This document shows, one piece after another, positions 47,493 to 57,135 of a stretch of 64,000 nt of DNA. The DNA comes from an uncultured Pelagibacteraceae bacterium. Its GTDB lineage: Bacteria; Pseudomonadota; Alphaproteobacteria; Pelagibacterales; Pelagibacteraceae. Position 1 is the stretch's first letter; every line of letters begins with the position of its first letter. The DNA is taken from positions 11,807-75,806 of the forward strand of contig CACBYP010000006.1 in NCBI GenBank assembly GCA_902543485.1, in the 5' to 3' direction. The notes under the pieces were generated by a model. That model did no database searches, was not told the DNA's origin, and worked only from the letters and a program-made list of their open reading frames with translations. A program made the translations under genes and the position numbers.

Positions 47493-47966
47493 ATGATTGA
47501 ACAAATATCTGCATTTTTTACAGTAGAAATGATCTATATGTGGTTGAATATAGGTGTAATACCTTTTTGGTTAATGCTTATTATTTTTCCACAAACTAAA
47601 GTTTGTGGTTTATTTGTTACATCAATAATTCCAACATTTATTTTGGCAAGTGTTTATGTTTATCTATTATATATATTCTTTTTTGCCGGATATGATTTTG
47701 ATAAAAACTTTATTTTATATTTAAGTTTTTATGATCTGGCTGAGCTTTTTGAGAATAATGAGTTTTTAATTTTATTTTGGACGCACTTCTTAGCTATAAA
47801 TTTGTTTTGTGGATCTTGGATTGTTAGAGATAGCCAGAGGTTTTATATGTCAAAAATTCTAGTTTTTTTTCCCTTAATAATCACATATTTTATTGGTCCT
47901 TTAGGATTATTTATATATTGGGTGATAAGAATTTTTTTCGCAAAGAGAATAAGTTTATTTGATTAA
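47493..47966 (+). CDS. DUF4281 (ABA4-like) membrane protein
   Basis: 157 aa with 4-5 TM segments. The IPFWLMLIIFPQTK N-terminal pattern is as I recall for DUF4281. Confidence 0.55.
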   Translation: MIEQISAFFTVEMIYMWLNIGVIPFWLMLIIFPQTKVCGLFVTSIIPTFILASVYVYLLYIFFFAGYDFDKNFILYLSFYDLAELFENNEFLILFWTHFLAINLFCGSWIVRDSQRFYMSKILVFFPLIITYFIGPLGLFIYWVIRIFFAKRISLFD

Positions 47967-47969
47967 ATT

Positions 47970-48356
47970 TTATTTCTCTACTTTAAAGCCACTGCTCTTC
48001 ATTTGAGAAAAGCCACCATCTATATGTGAAATTTTTTCAAACCCCATATCTTTCAATGATTTTGTAGCTAGTGCAGATCTTAGCCCACCTGCACAAAATA
48101 AAACCATTTCTTTGTTCATATCTATCTTGCCTTCTTTAAAGTAAGGACTATCTGGATCCATCCAAAACTCTAACATTCCTCTAGGAATGTGATGAGAATT
48201 TTCTATTCTTCCCATTTTCTCAAGTTCTCGAATATCTCTTATGTCAATTAAATTGCATTTATCACTGTTTACCATCTCTAATGCTTCCGTTGGGGAAAGT
48301 GTCTTGATTTCTGTCAAAGCTTCTGCGACCAATGTTTGTGCTGATTTAATGCTCAT
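47970..48356 (-). CDS. Rhodanese-domain sulfurtransferase
   Basis: 128 aa. Single rhodanese domain with the active-site loop CAGGLRS. Confidence 0.85.
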   Translation of the reverse strand: MSIKSAQTLVAEALTEIKTLSPTEALEMVNSDKCNLIDIRDIRELEKMGRIENSHHIPRGMLEFWMDPDSPYFKEGKIDMNKEMVLFCAGGLRSALATKSLKDMGFEKISHIDGGFSQMKSSGFKVEK

Positions 48357-48399
48357 AAAGGTTTATTACATCATTATAAATTTTAATCTACGAAAAAAT

Positions 48400-48849
48400 A
48401 TGCCAAATAAAGCTCCTAATTTCAAAATCCCATCAACTAATTCAAAACTTTTAGAGTTAAAGAAAATCAAAAGCAAATATAAAGTTTTATATTTCTATCC
48501 AAAGGATAATACACCAGGCTGCACAATTGAAACAAAAGACTTCAATTCTCTACTTTCACAATTTAAAAAACTAGACTGTGAAGTTATTGGTATTTCTAAA
48601 GATAGTATGGAAAGTCATGAAAAATTTAGAGATAAATTTAAAATTAAATTTGATTTGGTAGCAGATGTTAAGAAAGAAGCGATTAAAGCTTACAAAGTTT
48701 GGGGTAAAAAAAAATTCATGGGTAGAGAATTTATGGGATTAATAAGAAGTACATTTTTATTAAAAGATGACAAAATTATTAAAGAGTGGCGTTCAGTAAA
48801 AGTTAAAGACCACGCAAAAAAAGTGTTAGAATTTTTAAAAACAGTTTAA
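48400..48849 (+). CDS. bcp: Peroxiredoxin (Bcp type)
   Basis: The real start is the ATG at 48400 (MPNKAPNFKIPS...). The track ORF's upstream extension is antisense to the rhodanese gene. YFYPKDNTPGCTIE is the peroxidatic-Cys motif. Confidence 0.9.
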   Translation: MPNKAPNFKIPSTNSKLLELKKIKSKYKVLYFYPKDNTPGCTIETKDFNSLLSQFKKLDCEVIGISKDSMESHEKFRDKFKIKFDLVADVKKEAIKAYKVWGKKKFMGREFMGLIRSTFLLKDDKIIKEWRSVKVKDHAKKVLEFLKTV

Positions 48850-48850
48850 T

Positions 48851-48880
48851 AAAAAAAGGCCCCATTTACGGGGCCTTTTT
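48851..48880. terminator. Bidirectional rho-independent terminator (bcp / amt convergent)
   Basis: aaaaaaa-ggcccc-atttac-ggggcc-ttttt: a GC stem flanked by an A-run and a T-run, lying between convergent genes. Confidence 0.8.
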
Positions 48881-48907
48881 AGTTTAACTTAAGGGAGGGA
48901 GTTAAAT

Positions 48908-50209
48908 TTAGTCTCTTATAGCGTAAGCTATTACACCAGTTTCAGTTACGTCTGTACCTTTCAGTTCAGCCTCTTTACTTAATCTGATACCCATAGTGTT
49001 TTTCATAATTGCCCATACAATGTATGATACTACAAAAACAAATGCGTTGATCGAGATTACACCGATTAACTGTGCACTAAAATTTGCGTCAGAGTTTGTT
49101 AGTGGAACAGCTAATGTTCCCCAAACTCCAGCAAATAAGTGAGCTGGTATTGCACCAACAACATCGTCAATCTTAAATGAGAATAATAGTTTTGTTCCAA
49201 ACACTACTATCAATCCACCGATTGCACCGATGAATATTGCTGCTATAGGTGCTGGCGCTAATGGTTCAGCTGTTATTGCAACTAATCCACCAATCGCACC
49301 GTTAAGCATTTGAACTACATCAGTTTTACCATACATTAATCTGGTAATTACTGCTGCTGCTAAAACACCACCACACGCTGCTAAGTTTGTATTAATAAAT
49401 ATGTTTGATACAGCTACTGCATCATCGAAAGTTCCCATAGCAAGCTGTGAACCACCGTTGAAACCAAACCAACCTAACCATAAAATAAATACTCCAACTG
49501 TTACCAAAGGTATAGAAGAAGCTGCAAATGGTCTCATTGGCTTTGCTGCACCTGATTTATCAAATCTTCCTGTTCTTGCACCTAACAACATAGCACCTGC
49601 TAATGCTGCAGCACCACCAGTTGAGTGTACAAGAGTTGAACCAGCAAAATCAGAGAAACCTAAAGCGGCTAACCAGCCACCACCCCACTGCCATCCCATG
49701 ACAATTGGATAAATGATTCCTGATAAAATTGCTGCAAATAAGAAGAAAGGCCATAATTTAATTCTTTCTGCTAACGTACCAGATACAATTGATACTGTTG
49801 TTGCACAGAATACCATTTGGAAATACCAATCCGAACCATCTGCATATCCTGTATCAACAGCACTTGCATCAGACCACGGAGTGAATGTTCCTATATAGCC
49901 ACCTTCTGGAATTCCATATGCTAGATTATAACCAACCATCCAGAACATAATTCCAGCGATAGAAAATAATCCTATATTTTTTGCACAAATTACAGATACA
50001 CTTTTTGAAGTTACCATTCCTGATTCTAGCATCGCAAATCCGCAAGCCATAAACATGACAAGAAAACCACAAACTAAAAATAGAAATGTATTAAAAATAA
50101 ATCCAACTTCTGCAGAGACTGTAGATTCGGCATAACCTACACTTGTCATGTTTAGTAAGAAAAACAAACTTACTAAAGGACCGACAAGTTTTTTTAAATG
50201 TTTAGTCAT
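48908..50209 (-). CDS. amtB: Ammonium transporter (Amt family)
   Basis: 433 aa with a signal peptide. Amt signature blocks (DFAGSTLVHSTGG, LGWFGFNGGS). A GGAGG Shine-Dalgarno lies 5 nt upstream. Confidence 0.92.
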   Translation of the reverse strand: MTKHLKKLVGPLVSLFFLLNMTSVGYAESTVSAEVGFIFNTFLFLVCGFLVMFMACGFAMLESGMVTSKSVSVICAKNIGLFSIAGIMFWMVGYNLAYGIPEGGYIGTFTPWSDASAVDTGYADGSDWYFQMVFCATTVSIVSGTLAERIKLWPFFLFAAILSGIIYPIVMGWQWGGGWLAALGFSDFAGSTLVHSTGGAAALAGAMLLGARTGRFDKSGAAKPMRPFAASSIPLVTVGVFILWLGWFGFNGGSQLAMGTFDDAVAVSNIFINTNLAACGGVLAAAVITRLMYGKTDVVQMLNGAIGGLVAITAEPLAPAPIAAIFIGAIGGLIVVFGTKLLFSFKIDDVVGAIPAHLFAGVWGTLAVPLTNSDANFSAQLIGVISINAFVFVVSYIVWAIMKNTMGIRLSKEAELKGTDVTETGVIAYAIRD

Positions 50210-50305
50210 TTAACCTCCATTGTTAAAAAGAGGTTCTTATAATTTTAAAATAAATAAAAACTAATGATTGTTGTTAAAAATAGATATGCAGTTTTTGCAT
50301 GTAGA

Positions 50306-50349
50306 AACAGCCTTTATTAAATGTTTTAGCATTCCTAATAAAGGCTGTT
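50306..50349 (-). other. Perfect 14-bp stem-loop downstream of the HU gene
   Basis: aacagcctttatta (50306-50319) pairs with taataaaggctgtt (50336-50349) across a 16-nt loop. Neither strand has a clear U-tract, so terminator function is uncertain. Confidence 0.45.
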
Positions 50350-50358
50350 AAATGAGTT

Positions 50359-50634
50359 TTACTTGTTAAATACTTCTTTAAGTGCTTTAGCAGGCAAAAA
50401 CTTTACCTTTTGAGAAGCAGCGATTTGGATTTGCTCTCCAGTTCTTGGATTACGTCCAATTCGGGCTTTTCTTTTAGCCACTTTATATGTACCAAAACCT
50501 GCAATCTTTACAGAATCGTCGTTTTTCAACGCATCTAGTATAGTATTCGTAATAGTATCAAAAGTACGCTCTGCATCAGCTTTACTTTGATTTAACGAAC
50601 CAGCTAGCTTTGCTACTAATTGTTTTTTGTTCAT
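50359..50634 (-). CDS. hupB: HU-family DNA-binding protein
   Basis: 91 aa. GFGTYKVAKRKARIGRNPRTGEQIQI beta-arm. Confidence 0.92.
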   Translation of the reverse strand: MNKKQLVAKLAGSLNQSKADAERTFDTITNTILDALKNDDSVKIAGFGTYKVAKRKARIGRNPRTGEQIQIAASQKVKFLPAKALKEVFNK

Positions 50635-50786
50635 TTTAGCTCCGGTTTTAAAGGTTTATGAAACTATACTTAACAAAATCATTGATAATTCAAGCTTTTT
50701 TTTAGTATATATTTTTTTTTGAACAACAATATATAGTGGTAAAAAAAGTCAATAAATACAATGTTTTTTTAGCTATTAAAAAAGCC

Positions 50787-51896
50787 TTAAAATAAGCCTA
50801 AATCTTTAAGGTCGTTAAATGTTGCGAAAAACATCAAAGATAACAACAAAAACATTCCGATTCGAAAAAAACCTTCCTGTGTTTTTTGACTTAAAGGACG
50901 ACCTAAAACTTTTTCAAATGCGTAAAACATGAGATGTCCTCCGTCTAATAAAGGTATTGGAAATAAGTTAATTAATCCTAAACTTATTGAGATATAAGCC
51001 ATCATACTGACAAAGGGTATAATTCCAAATTCTGCTACTTGGCCAGAAATTTTAGCAATTCTAATTGGACCACCCAATTGAGAACTGTCCCCTGCTCCTG
51101 TAAACATTGATCCAAGATATTTAAGTGATGAAGTTGTTACAAAATAAACTTCATTAAATGATTGAAGTAAAGCTTGTGCAGGTCCAAGTTTTTTGTGTGT
51201 TATTTGATTGTTATAAGGACTAAGTTTAATGCCTACCATCCTTTTCTTTAATTTGTTTCCTAATTCATCAACGCTATCAACAAAATTTGGCTTTACTTTT
51301 AATATTATCTCCTGGTCATATCTTGAAACTTTAAAATCGATAAATTCTGATGTTGACATTGCTATTAATTTAGAAACATCAAGAATACTCTCAACTTTTG
51401 TATTATCTATTTCAATAATAACATCATTTTTTTGCATACCGGCAACTTCTGCTGGACTGTCTTTTAATACTTCATCAATTACAGCTGGTGTAAAATCTTT
51501 ACCTGCAAACATGTATATGAAAGTAAAAATGACTAAAGCTAAAATAAAATTAGCCAATGGTCCTCCAGCAACAATTAAGGCTCTTTGGTAAAGAGGTTTT
51601 GTTACAAACAATTTGTGTTGGTCTTCTTTGCTATATTTTTTTAGTAGTTCCTCTTGATCTGCTTGTGAAAATACATTCCTATCTCCGAAAAATTTTACAT
51701 AACCGCCTAGTGGTATCCAACAAACTTTCCATCTTGTCCCTGATTTATCGTTCCATCCAAATAATTCTCGACCAAAACCTATCGAAAAATCTGTTACACC
51801 AACACCATATCTTTTTGCAAAATAATAATGTCCATATTCATGAATGAAAACAACAACAACGATTAATACAATAAATGGTAATATAAAATTGAGCAT
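50787..51896 (-). CDS. rseP: RIP (site-2) zinc metalloprotease
   Basis: 369 aa. HEYGHY zinc motif, a central PDZ-like segment and a C-terminal NLFPIPLLDGGH motif. Confidence 0.9.
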   Translation of the reverse strand: MLNFILPFIVLIVVVVFIHEYGHYYFAKRYGVGVTDFSIGFGRELFGWNDKSGTRWKVCWIPLGGYVKFFGDRNVFSQADQEELLKKYSKEDQHKLFVTKPLYQRALIVAGGPLANFILALVIFTFIYMFAGKDFTPAVIDEVLKDSPAEVAGMQKNDVIIEIDNTKVESILDVSKLIAMSTSEFIDFKVSRYDQEIILKVKPNFVDSVDELGNKLKKRMVGIKLSPYNNQITHKKLGPAQALLQSFNEVYFVTTSSLKYLGSMFTGAGDSSQLGGPIRIAKISGQVAEFGIIPFVSMMAYISISLGLINLFPIPLLDGGHLMFYAFEKVLGRPLSQKTQEGFFRIGMFLLLSLMFFATFNDLKDLGLF

Positions 51897-51937
51897 TTAT
51901 TAAATTATACAATAATTAGGTTTTAAATAAACATCAA

Positions 51938-53368
51938 TTATTTCAATTTCCATGCAATTATTGGTGATAAAGTTGCCGCAATAAATGAACAAAATAAAAG
52001 AGATTGAGAAATATACGATGGTGCTAAATCCATTGGCAAAATTATTCCAAATAGTATTGATTTAGAAAAATCAGGACTTGGAAAAAATAATAGTCCTGCA
52101 ATTAATCCTATTAATATAGAAACATAAGCATTTTTTTCATCATAAGATTTTGAATAAAAAGTATAAAAAACACTTAGAACAGCCGCACAACAAAATAAAT
52201 CTGCTATTAAGAATAAATAAAGAATACTAAATCCTTTTGATGCTACAAAAAAAGCTATGACCGAAAGAAAAATAACAAATTGTTTTGAGATATTTAAATG
52301 ATTATTTTTTAAATTTAATACTTTATCTACATCGACTATTACCAAACTTGAAATAGCATTTATTAAAGTATCAATACTACTTATTGTTAAAGAGATAGCT
52401 AAAATTATTACAATGACTGAAAATATTATTAAATTTTCTTTTAATAAAATTGAGAAAAATGCAAGATCAGGTATTACATTAGTATCTTGAGAGACAGCCA
52501 CTAAACCACTAAATCCCATAAAAAAGACTATTGGTAATATTATTAAAAATGAAAATATTAAACTTTTTTTTAAAACTTCGTAATTTTTTGCAGCGTAAAC
52601 TCTCTGCCAATTACCTTGATGAAAAAGATTAGTTGCGGCAACAGCTATAAAGAAAGTTAAACCAGCAGTATAATTTGGGAGATAACTAAAACTTAACAAA
52701 TGCGGATTATTATTTTTAATAATTTCAAAGTTAAAATCGTTTGTTTCAATTGAGGTAATAAAAATTAAACTAATTATTAAAAGTGCTGTAAATACAAAAA
52801 ATTGAATATTATCTGTAATTAAGGATGCTCTTAAACCTCCATATAATGTGTAAAGTAACGAACATGATATTACTATTAAAGAGGTAATCCACAACTCAGT
52901 ACCAGATATGTAATTAATTAAAAAAGCTACAGCAGTAACTTCAGCAATTAAAAAGATTGTCATATAAAAAATGGAAAAAACTAAAATAAGTTTATAAAGA
53001 TTTGGTCCAAATCTTAATCTTATTATTTCAATAATACTTTTGCCTTGCGGATAACTAGTTCTAAATTTTTTACCAAGATAAATTAAAATAAAGAGTGGAA
53101 ATGCAGTTCCTAGTGAATAACCAATCACTGCACCAGTTCCTCCCCATGTTGCTGCTGATGCCGGTCCAAATAAAATCCAAGCACCAAGTGCTGAAGCAAC
53201 AAGACTTGTTGTTAAGGATAAAGTTCCAATCGAACGGTTTGCAACTAAATAATTATTAAGTCCTTTAAATTTTTTTGAAAAATAAATTCCAACAAAAACA
53301 AATATTAAAGAAATTGAAATAATTAATATTATTGCTGATGATTGATTGATTATATTTAAATTATTCAT
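51938..53368 (-). CDS. thiV: Sodium:solute symporter (SSS) family transporter under TPP-riboswitch control; probable thiamin-precursor (HMP) transporter
   Basis: 476 aa and polytopic, SSS-like. Preceded directly by a TPP riboswitch. The thiV name follows what I recall being described for SAR11. Confidence 0.7.
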   Translation of the reverse strand: MNNLNIINQSSAIILIISISLIFVFVGIYFSKKFKGLNNYLVANRSIGTLSLTTSLVASALGAWILFGPASAATWGGTGAVIGYSLGTAFPLFILIYLGKKFRTSYPQGKSIIEIIRLRFGPNLYKLILVFSIFYMTIFLIAEVTAVAFLINYISGTELWITSLIVISCSLLYTLYGGLRASLITDNIQFFVFTALLIISLIFITSIETNDFNFEIIKNNNPHLLSFSYLPNYTAGLTFFIAVAATNLFHQGNWQRVYAAKNYEVLKKSLIFSFLIILPIVFFMGFSGLVAVSQDTNVIPDLAFFSILLKENLIIFSVIVIILAISLTISSIDTLINAISSLVIVDVDKVLNLKNNHLNISKQFVIFLSVIAFFVASKGFSILYLFLIADLFCCAAVLSVFYTFYSKSYDEKNAYVSILIGLIAGLLFFPSPDFSKSILFGIILPMDLAPSYISQSLLFCSFIAATLSPIIAWKLK

Positions 53369-53448
53369 TTTCCCTTTCTGAATTACCGGACAGGTTCTAA
53401 GGGTATTTCTCAGCCTTCTGGCACCCCATTTGCAACTTATTTCAAAGA
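53369..53448 (-). promoter_or_regulatory. TPP (THI-box) riboswitch
   Basis: Minus-strand read: ...aaatGGGGTGCcagaaGGCTGAGAaatACCCttaGAACCTGtccggtaattCAGaaAGGGAAaATG. The GGGGUGC / CUGAGA / ACCC / GAACCUG / AGGGA core elements are in canonical order. The element fills the whole 80-nt spacer and ends 1-2 nt before the start codon. Confidence 0.85.
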
Positions 53449-54192
53449 TTAAATGAAATCAATTATTAACTTAGCGCTACTAACAAGAATTAAAGCGTAA
53501 ATGATATTATAAAATAAATTTTCCTCAATTATTTTAAGTAATTTATAACCTATAAAAATTCCAATAAGCGCTAGGGGAAAGAGAGTAACTGATTGATATA
53601 AAGTATCAAAATTCATCATAGATAAATAAACATACAGAGGAAGCTTAATTAGATTAACACAACTAAAAAAAATAATTCTTGTGCCAACATAAATTTCTTT
53701 TTTCATTCTTAGTGGAAGCAAATAAAGACTTGTTGGGGTTCCTCCCGCATGAACACAAAAACTTGAAAAACCAGCAATGGATGAACAAATAGCCCCTTTA
53801 AAAAAGTTTTTTTTTGCCGGTATAGTTTTTTCTTTTTTAAATAGAAAATAATGACCAGAAAATAAAAAACCCATTATTCCAACAATTAACTTAAGCAAAT
53901 CCTCAGAAAAATAAGTAAATGTAAATGAGCCAATTATTATTCCAATAGCTGCAAATGGAACTATTAATTTAAGTGTTCCAAAATCAAACTCTCTTCTAAA
54001 TCTATAAACTGCAATAATGTCTGAAAAAATTAATATTGGTAAAATAATTGCAAGTGCTTGATTTAATGGCATTACTACTGTCATTAATGGAACTGAAATT
54101 AATGATATTGATCCACCTAAACCTGATTTAGCAATTCCATATAATACGATAGCTGGAACAACGCTAACAAAGAATAATAAATTTATCTCCAT
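53449..54192 (-). CDS. TauE/SafE-family (DUF81) anion exporter, short form
   Basis: 247 aa with about 8 TM segments and DUF81-like repeat halves. Confidence 0.75.
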   Translation of the reverse strand: MEINLLFFVSVVPAIVLYGIAKSGLGGSISLISVPLMTVVMPLNQALAIILPILIFSDIIAVYRFRREFDFGTLKLIVPFAAIGIIIGSFTFTYFSEDLLKLIVGIMGFLFSGHYFLFKKEKTIPAKKNFFKGAICSSIAGFSSFCVHAGGTPTSLYLLPLRMKKEIYVGTRIIFFSCVNLIKLPLYVYLSMMNFDTLYQSVTLFPLALIGIFIGYKLLKIIEENLFYNIIYALILVSSAKLIIDFI

Positions 54193-54198
54193 TATAAA

Positions 54199-54363
54199 TT
54201 AGAAATATAGTAATAAAGATAAAACCACTAATATTAAAACTAATATGATGACAGCTATGTAATTGAGTTTAATTTTAAATTTGCTTAATAAAAATTCATT
54301 AATTTTTTCCCAGAAAATAATAATTAAAATTAATAGTACTGCTGGAAGAATAAATTTAATCAT
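54199..54363 (-). CDS. Possible 54-aa two-TM peptide
   Basis: The track ORF (to 54423) starts at TTG. The first ATG at 54363 gives MIKFILPAVLLILIIIFWEKINEFLLSKFKIKLNYIAVIILVLILVVLSLLLYF. Confidence 0.3.
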   Translation of the reverse strand: MIKFILPAVLLILIIIFWEKINEFLLSKFKIKLNYIAVIILVLILVVLSLLLYF

Positions 54364-54371
54364 AAATCTAT

Positions 54372-54539
54372 TTACATCAAAAAATACATCAATCCAAATA
54401 TAACAAGTATAATTATTATCCAAATTGAAAAATTAGATATCAATTGTTTAATATTTGAGTTTGATCTGAGAAAATTAGGTAGAACTAATATTAAGACTAA
54501 TATTAAAAATATTGCAGGAATTATCTGGTCAACAGTCAA
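54372..54539 (-). CDS. Possible 55-aa two-TM peptide (TTG start)
   Basis: Own translation, beginning 2 nt after the ABC-2 permease stop: (M/L)TVDQIIPAIFLILVLILVLPNFLRSNSNIKQLISNFSIWIIIILVIFGLMYFLM. There is no ATG start, so it is weak. Confidence 0.2.
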   Translation of the reverse strand: MTVDQIIPAIFLILVLILVLPNFLRSNSNIKQLISNFSIWIIIILVIFGLMYFLM

Positions 54540-54540
54540 A

Positions 54541-55308
54541 TTAATTTTTTATATTATAACCTTTTTTAAGTATAATTGAGACAAGCGTTACACATACAAT
54601 TAAAAATATAAACATTGTTGAAATACTTATCCAAATATCAAAATCAGAAACTCCATAAAATGCAAACCTCAGCCCATTAATTAAATATACAACAGGATTA
54701 AAATAAGTGACTGTTTGCCAGAAACTTGGGAGCATATCTAGCGAATACAAACTTCCACCTAAGAATACCATTGGTGTTATGACAATTGTTGGTATTATAG
54801 ACATTTGCTCGAAATTTTTACTAAGAAGTCCAATTAAAAACCCGAACAAAGCAAAAGTAAAAGCAACTAGAATTAATAAGAAAATCATTAGTAAAGGAAA
54901 CTTTACATTTACTTCTGCAAAAAAAAGTGAAGTGCAGAAAATTACTGCAGCAACAATTAAGGTTTTAGTTGCACCTGCACCAACATAAGCAATTACAATT
55001 TCTACAGTAGAAATTGGAGCTGCTAAAATTTCATAAATTGTTCCATTAAATTTAGGAAAAAAAATTCCAAAAGAAGTGTTACTGATAGATTGCGTTAATA
55101 ATGTTAACATCAATAATCCTGGAACTATATAAGAGCCATAACTAATGCCATCAATTTTTTGTACATAATCCCCGATTACCGAGCCGAATACTATAAAGTA
55201 TAATGAAGTAGATAAAACTGGAGAAAGAAGAGATTGTATTAATGTTCTTCTAAATCTATCCATTTCATGAAAATAAATTGCTCTTAATGCGTAAAAATTA
55301 ATCCTCAT
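54541..55308 (-). CDS. ABC-2 type exporter permease
   Basis: 255 aa with 6 TM segments and an ABC-2 family pattern. Overlaps the ATPase gene by 11 nt. Confidence 0.85.
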   Translation of the reverse strand: MRINFYALRAIYFHEMDRFRRTLIQSLLSPVLSTSLYFIVFGSVIGDYVQKIDGISYGSYIVPGLLMLTLLTQSISNTSFGIFFPKFNGTIYEILAAPISTVEIVIAYVGAGATKTLIVAAVIFCTSLFFAEVNVKFPLLMIFLLILVAFTFALFGFLIGLLSKNFEQMSIIPTIVITPMVFLGGSLYSLDMLPSFWQTVTYFNPVVYLINGLRFAFYGVSDFDIWISISTMFIFLIVCVTLVSIILKKGYNIKN

Positions 55309-56233
55309 TATTTTCCTTTACCAATGTCACAAAAATCTTTTCAAGATTATTTTGCTCTGTTTTTAAGTCTCTCATCCTCAAACCTGCATTTTTTAAATCT
55401 TGAAGCATCTTTGTAATACCTGTTCTTTCAGCATGTAAGTTATAGTTGTAAATTAATGAATAATTATCATTAGAGATTGATAGATTATATTCATCAAGTT
55501 CTGATGGAATTTTTTCGACTTTATCTTGTAATTCAATGGTTAATTTTTTATGACCCATCTTTTTTAATAAATCTATTTTATTATCAACAACAATGATTTC
55601 TCCTTGATTAATTACAGCAACTCGGTCTGCGATTGCCTCTGCTTCTTCAATATAGTGTGTTGTTAAAATTATGGTTACTCCAGTTTTCCTTAATCCCTCT
55701 ACAACTTTCCACATATCTTTTCTCAATTCTACATCTACGCCTGCCGTTGGTTCATCAAGAAATAATATCGAAGGTTCATGAGATAATGCTTTTGCTATCA
55801 TTACACGTCTTTTCATTCCTCCTGAAAGCTGATTTAACCTTAAATCTTTTTTATCCCATAAACTAAAATCTTTTAGAACTTTTTCTATATGTTGCGGGTT
55901 TGGCTTTTTTCCGTATAAGCCTCTTGAATATGAAACATTGTTAAACACTGTTTCAAATTGTTCTAGTGAAATTTCTTGGGGGACCAGTCCTATTCTTGAT
56001 CTTGTTTCTCTATAATCTTTTATAATATCAAAACCATCTACTGTAATTACTCCAGAAGTTGGTTTAACTATACCACATACAATACTTATCAGTGTAGTTT
56101 TGCCAGCTCCATTTGGTCCAAGCATAGCAATAATTTCTCCTTGCTTTATATTTAGATTAACAGTTTTTAAAGCGTTAAATCCATTGTCGTATACCTTTGA
56201 AAGGCCATCAATTGTTATTAAATCTTTAGTCAT
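55298..56233 (-). CDS. ABC transporter ATP-binding protein (ABC-2 exporter partner)
   Basis: 311 aa. Walker A GPNGAGKTT, signature LSGGMKRR and Walker B ILFLDEP. Confidence 0.9.
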   Translation of the reverse strand: MTKDLITIDGLSKVYDNGFNALKTVNLNIKQGEIIAMLGPNGAGKTTLISIVCGIVKPTSGVITVDGFDIIKDYRETRSRIGLVPQEISLEQFETVFNNVSYSRGLYGKKPNPQHIEKVLKDFSLWDKKDLRLNQLSGGMKRRVMIAKALSHEPSILFLDEPTAGVDVELRKDMWKVVEGLRKTGVTIILTTHYIEEAEAIADRVAVINQGEIIVVDNKIDLLKKMGHKKLTIELQDKVEKIPSELDEYNLSISNDNYSLIYNYNLHAERTGITKMLQDLKNAGLRMRDLKTEQNNLEKIFVTLVKENNED

Positions 56234-56266
56234 TATCTGAGGTCTTAATTTGATATAGAGATGTTT

Positions 56267-56710
56267 TTAGTGACAAGCAATATTATATTTTTTTAATCTC
56301 CAGTAATTGTAAGGCCATGGAGTTAAAAATCCAACTAAAAGCATTATTGGTACTACCCACCAATTTAAAATAGCTCCACCTGTTAAAATTACATCTGTGA
56401 GGTTCATGGCTATTTCCATACTGACCATTGATATAAAGCTCATACCAAGTGCAGTCTTTAATGCTTTGGAAAAATCAAGTTTTTGTCTTAGTAAAATTAT
56501 AGTTTCTAAAATAATACTTGTAATCAAACCATTTATAATTGCTAATGTCATGATGGCTAAAACAGGCCAGGGAATTCCTGTTATCTGAAAATACAATATA
56601 GTTCCAAAGTCACCAATTGCACAGCCTAGTAAACACCAAGCGGTATTTTTTGCGCTTCTTTTCCAAGTATGTTTGCATGACCAATTAAAATTAATTGCTT
56701 CTGAACTCAT
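56267..56710 (-). CDS. DUF4396-like membrane protein
   Basis: 147 aa with 4 TM segments. The N-terminal W.C..H...R......WCLLGCAIGDFG pattern is as I recall for DUF4396. Confidence 0.55.
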   Translation of the reverse strand: MSSEAINFNWSCKHTWKRSAKNTAWCLLGCAIGDFGTILYFQITGIPWPVLAIMTLAIINGLITSIILETIILLRQKLDFSKALKTALGMSFISMVSMEIAMNLTDVILTGGAILNWWVVPIMLLVGFLTPWPYNYWRLKKYNIACH

Positions 56711-57135
56711 TGTTTGCTCATTTCTAAATGATATTCATAAATATCATCTTTCCAATAAGATTTAATGTACGAAAGAATGTTATCAATACCTTCATCACTT
56801 ATTTTATCACCAAAACCCATCATCTTGCCTTCATAATTTTTTATCAATTTAGCAAATCCATACTTTATCATTCTATGTAGTAACTCATCTGTATGATGCC
56901 AAGTATGACCAGTTCCATTTAAAGGCGGTGCTTTTCTATGCCCATCTTCATCTAAACCTTGCCAATTTGTAGCTCCAGCTAAATTTGCTTGGTGACAAGA
57001 AACACAATATTGATTGTATAATATCTTGCCATTTTTAATTGCTTCTAATGAATCTCTAGTTATGGGGTAGTGCGAATGAGAGAAAGCAGTATCTGCATAA
57101 AATAAAACAATAAAAATAAAAAAATACTTTTTCAT
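56707..57135 (-). CDS. Class I c-type cytochrome
   Basis: 142 aa. Signal peptide and a single CVSCH heme-binding motif. Confidence 0.85.
   Translation of the reverse strand: MKKYFFIFIVLFYADTAFSHSHYPITRDSLEAIKNGKILYNQYCVSCHQANLAGATNWQGLDEDGHRKAPPLNGTGHTWHHTDELLHRMIKYGFAKLIKNYEGKMMGFGDKISDEGIDNILSYIKSYWKDDIYEYHLEMSKQ

Noticed and set aside
48241-48399. N-terminal 53-codon extension of the bcp ORF
   Set aside because: The extension is antisense to the rhodanese gene's 5' end and is not peroxiredoxin-like. The ATG at 48400 gives a normal Bcp N-terminus.
49401-49898. Two plus-strand ORFs inside the ammonium transporter gene
   Set aside because: They are antisense shadows of a confidently identified amt gene. 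Their Pro/Ala-rich products are typical of reverse-frame translation.
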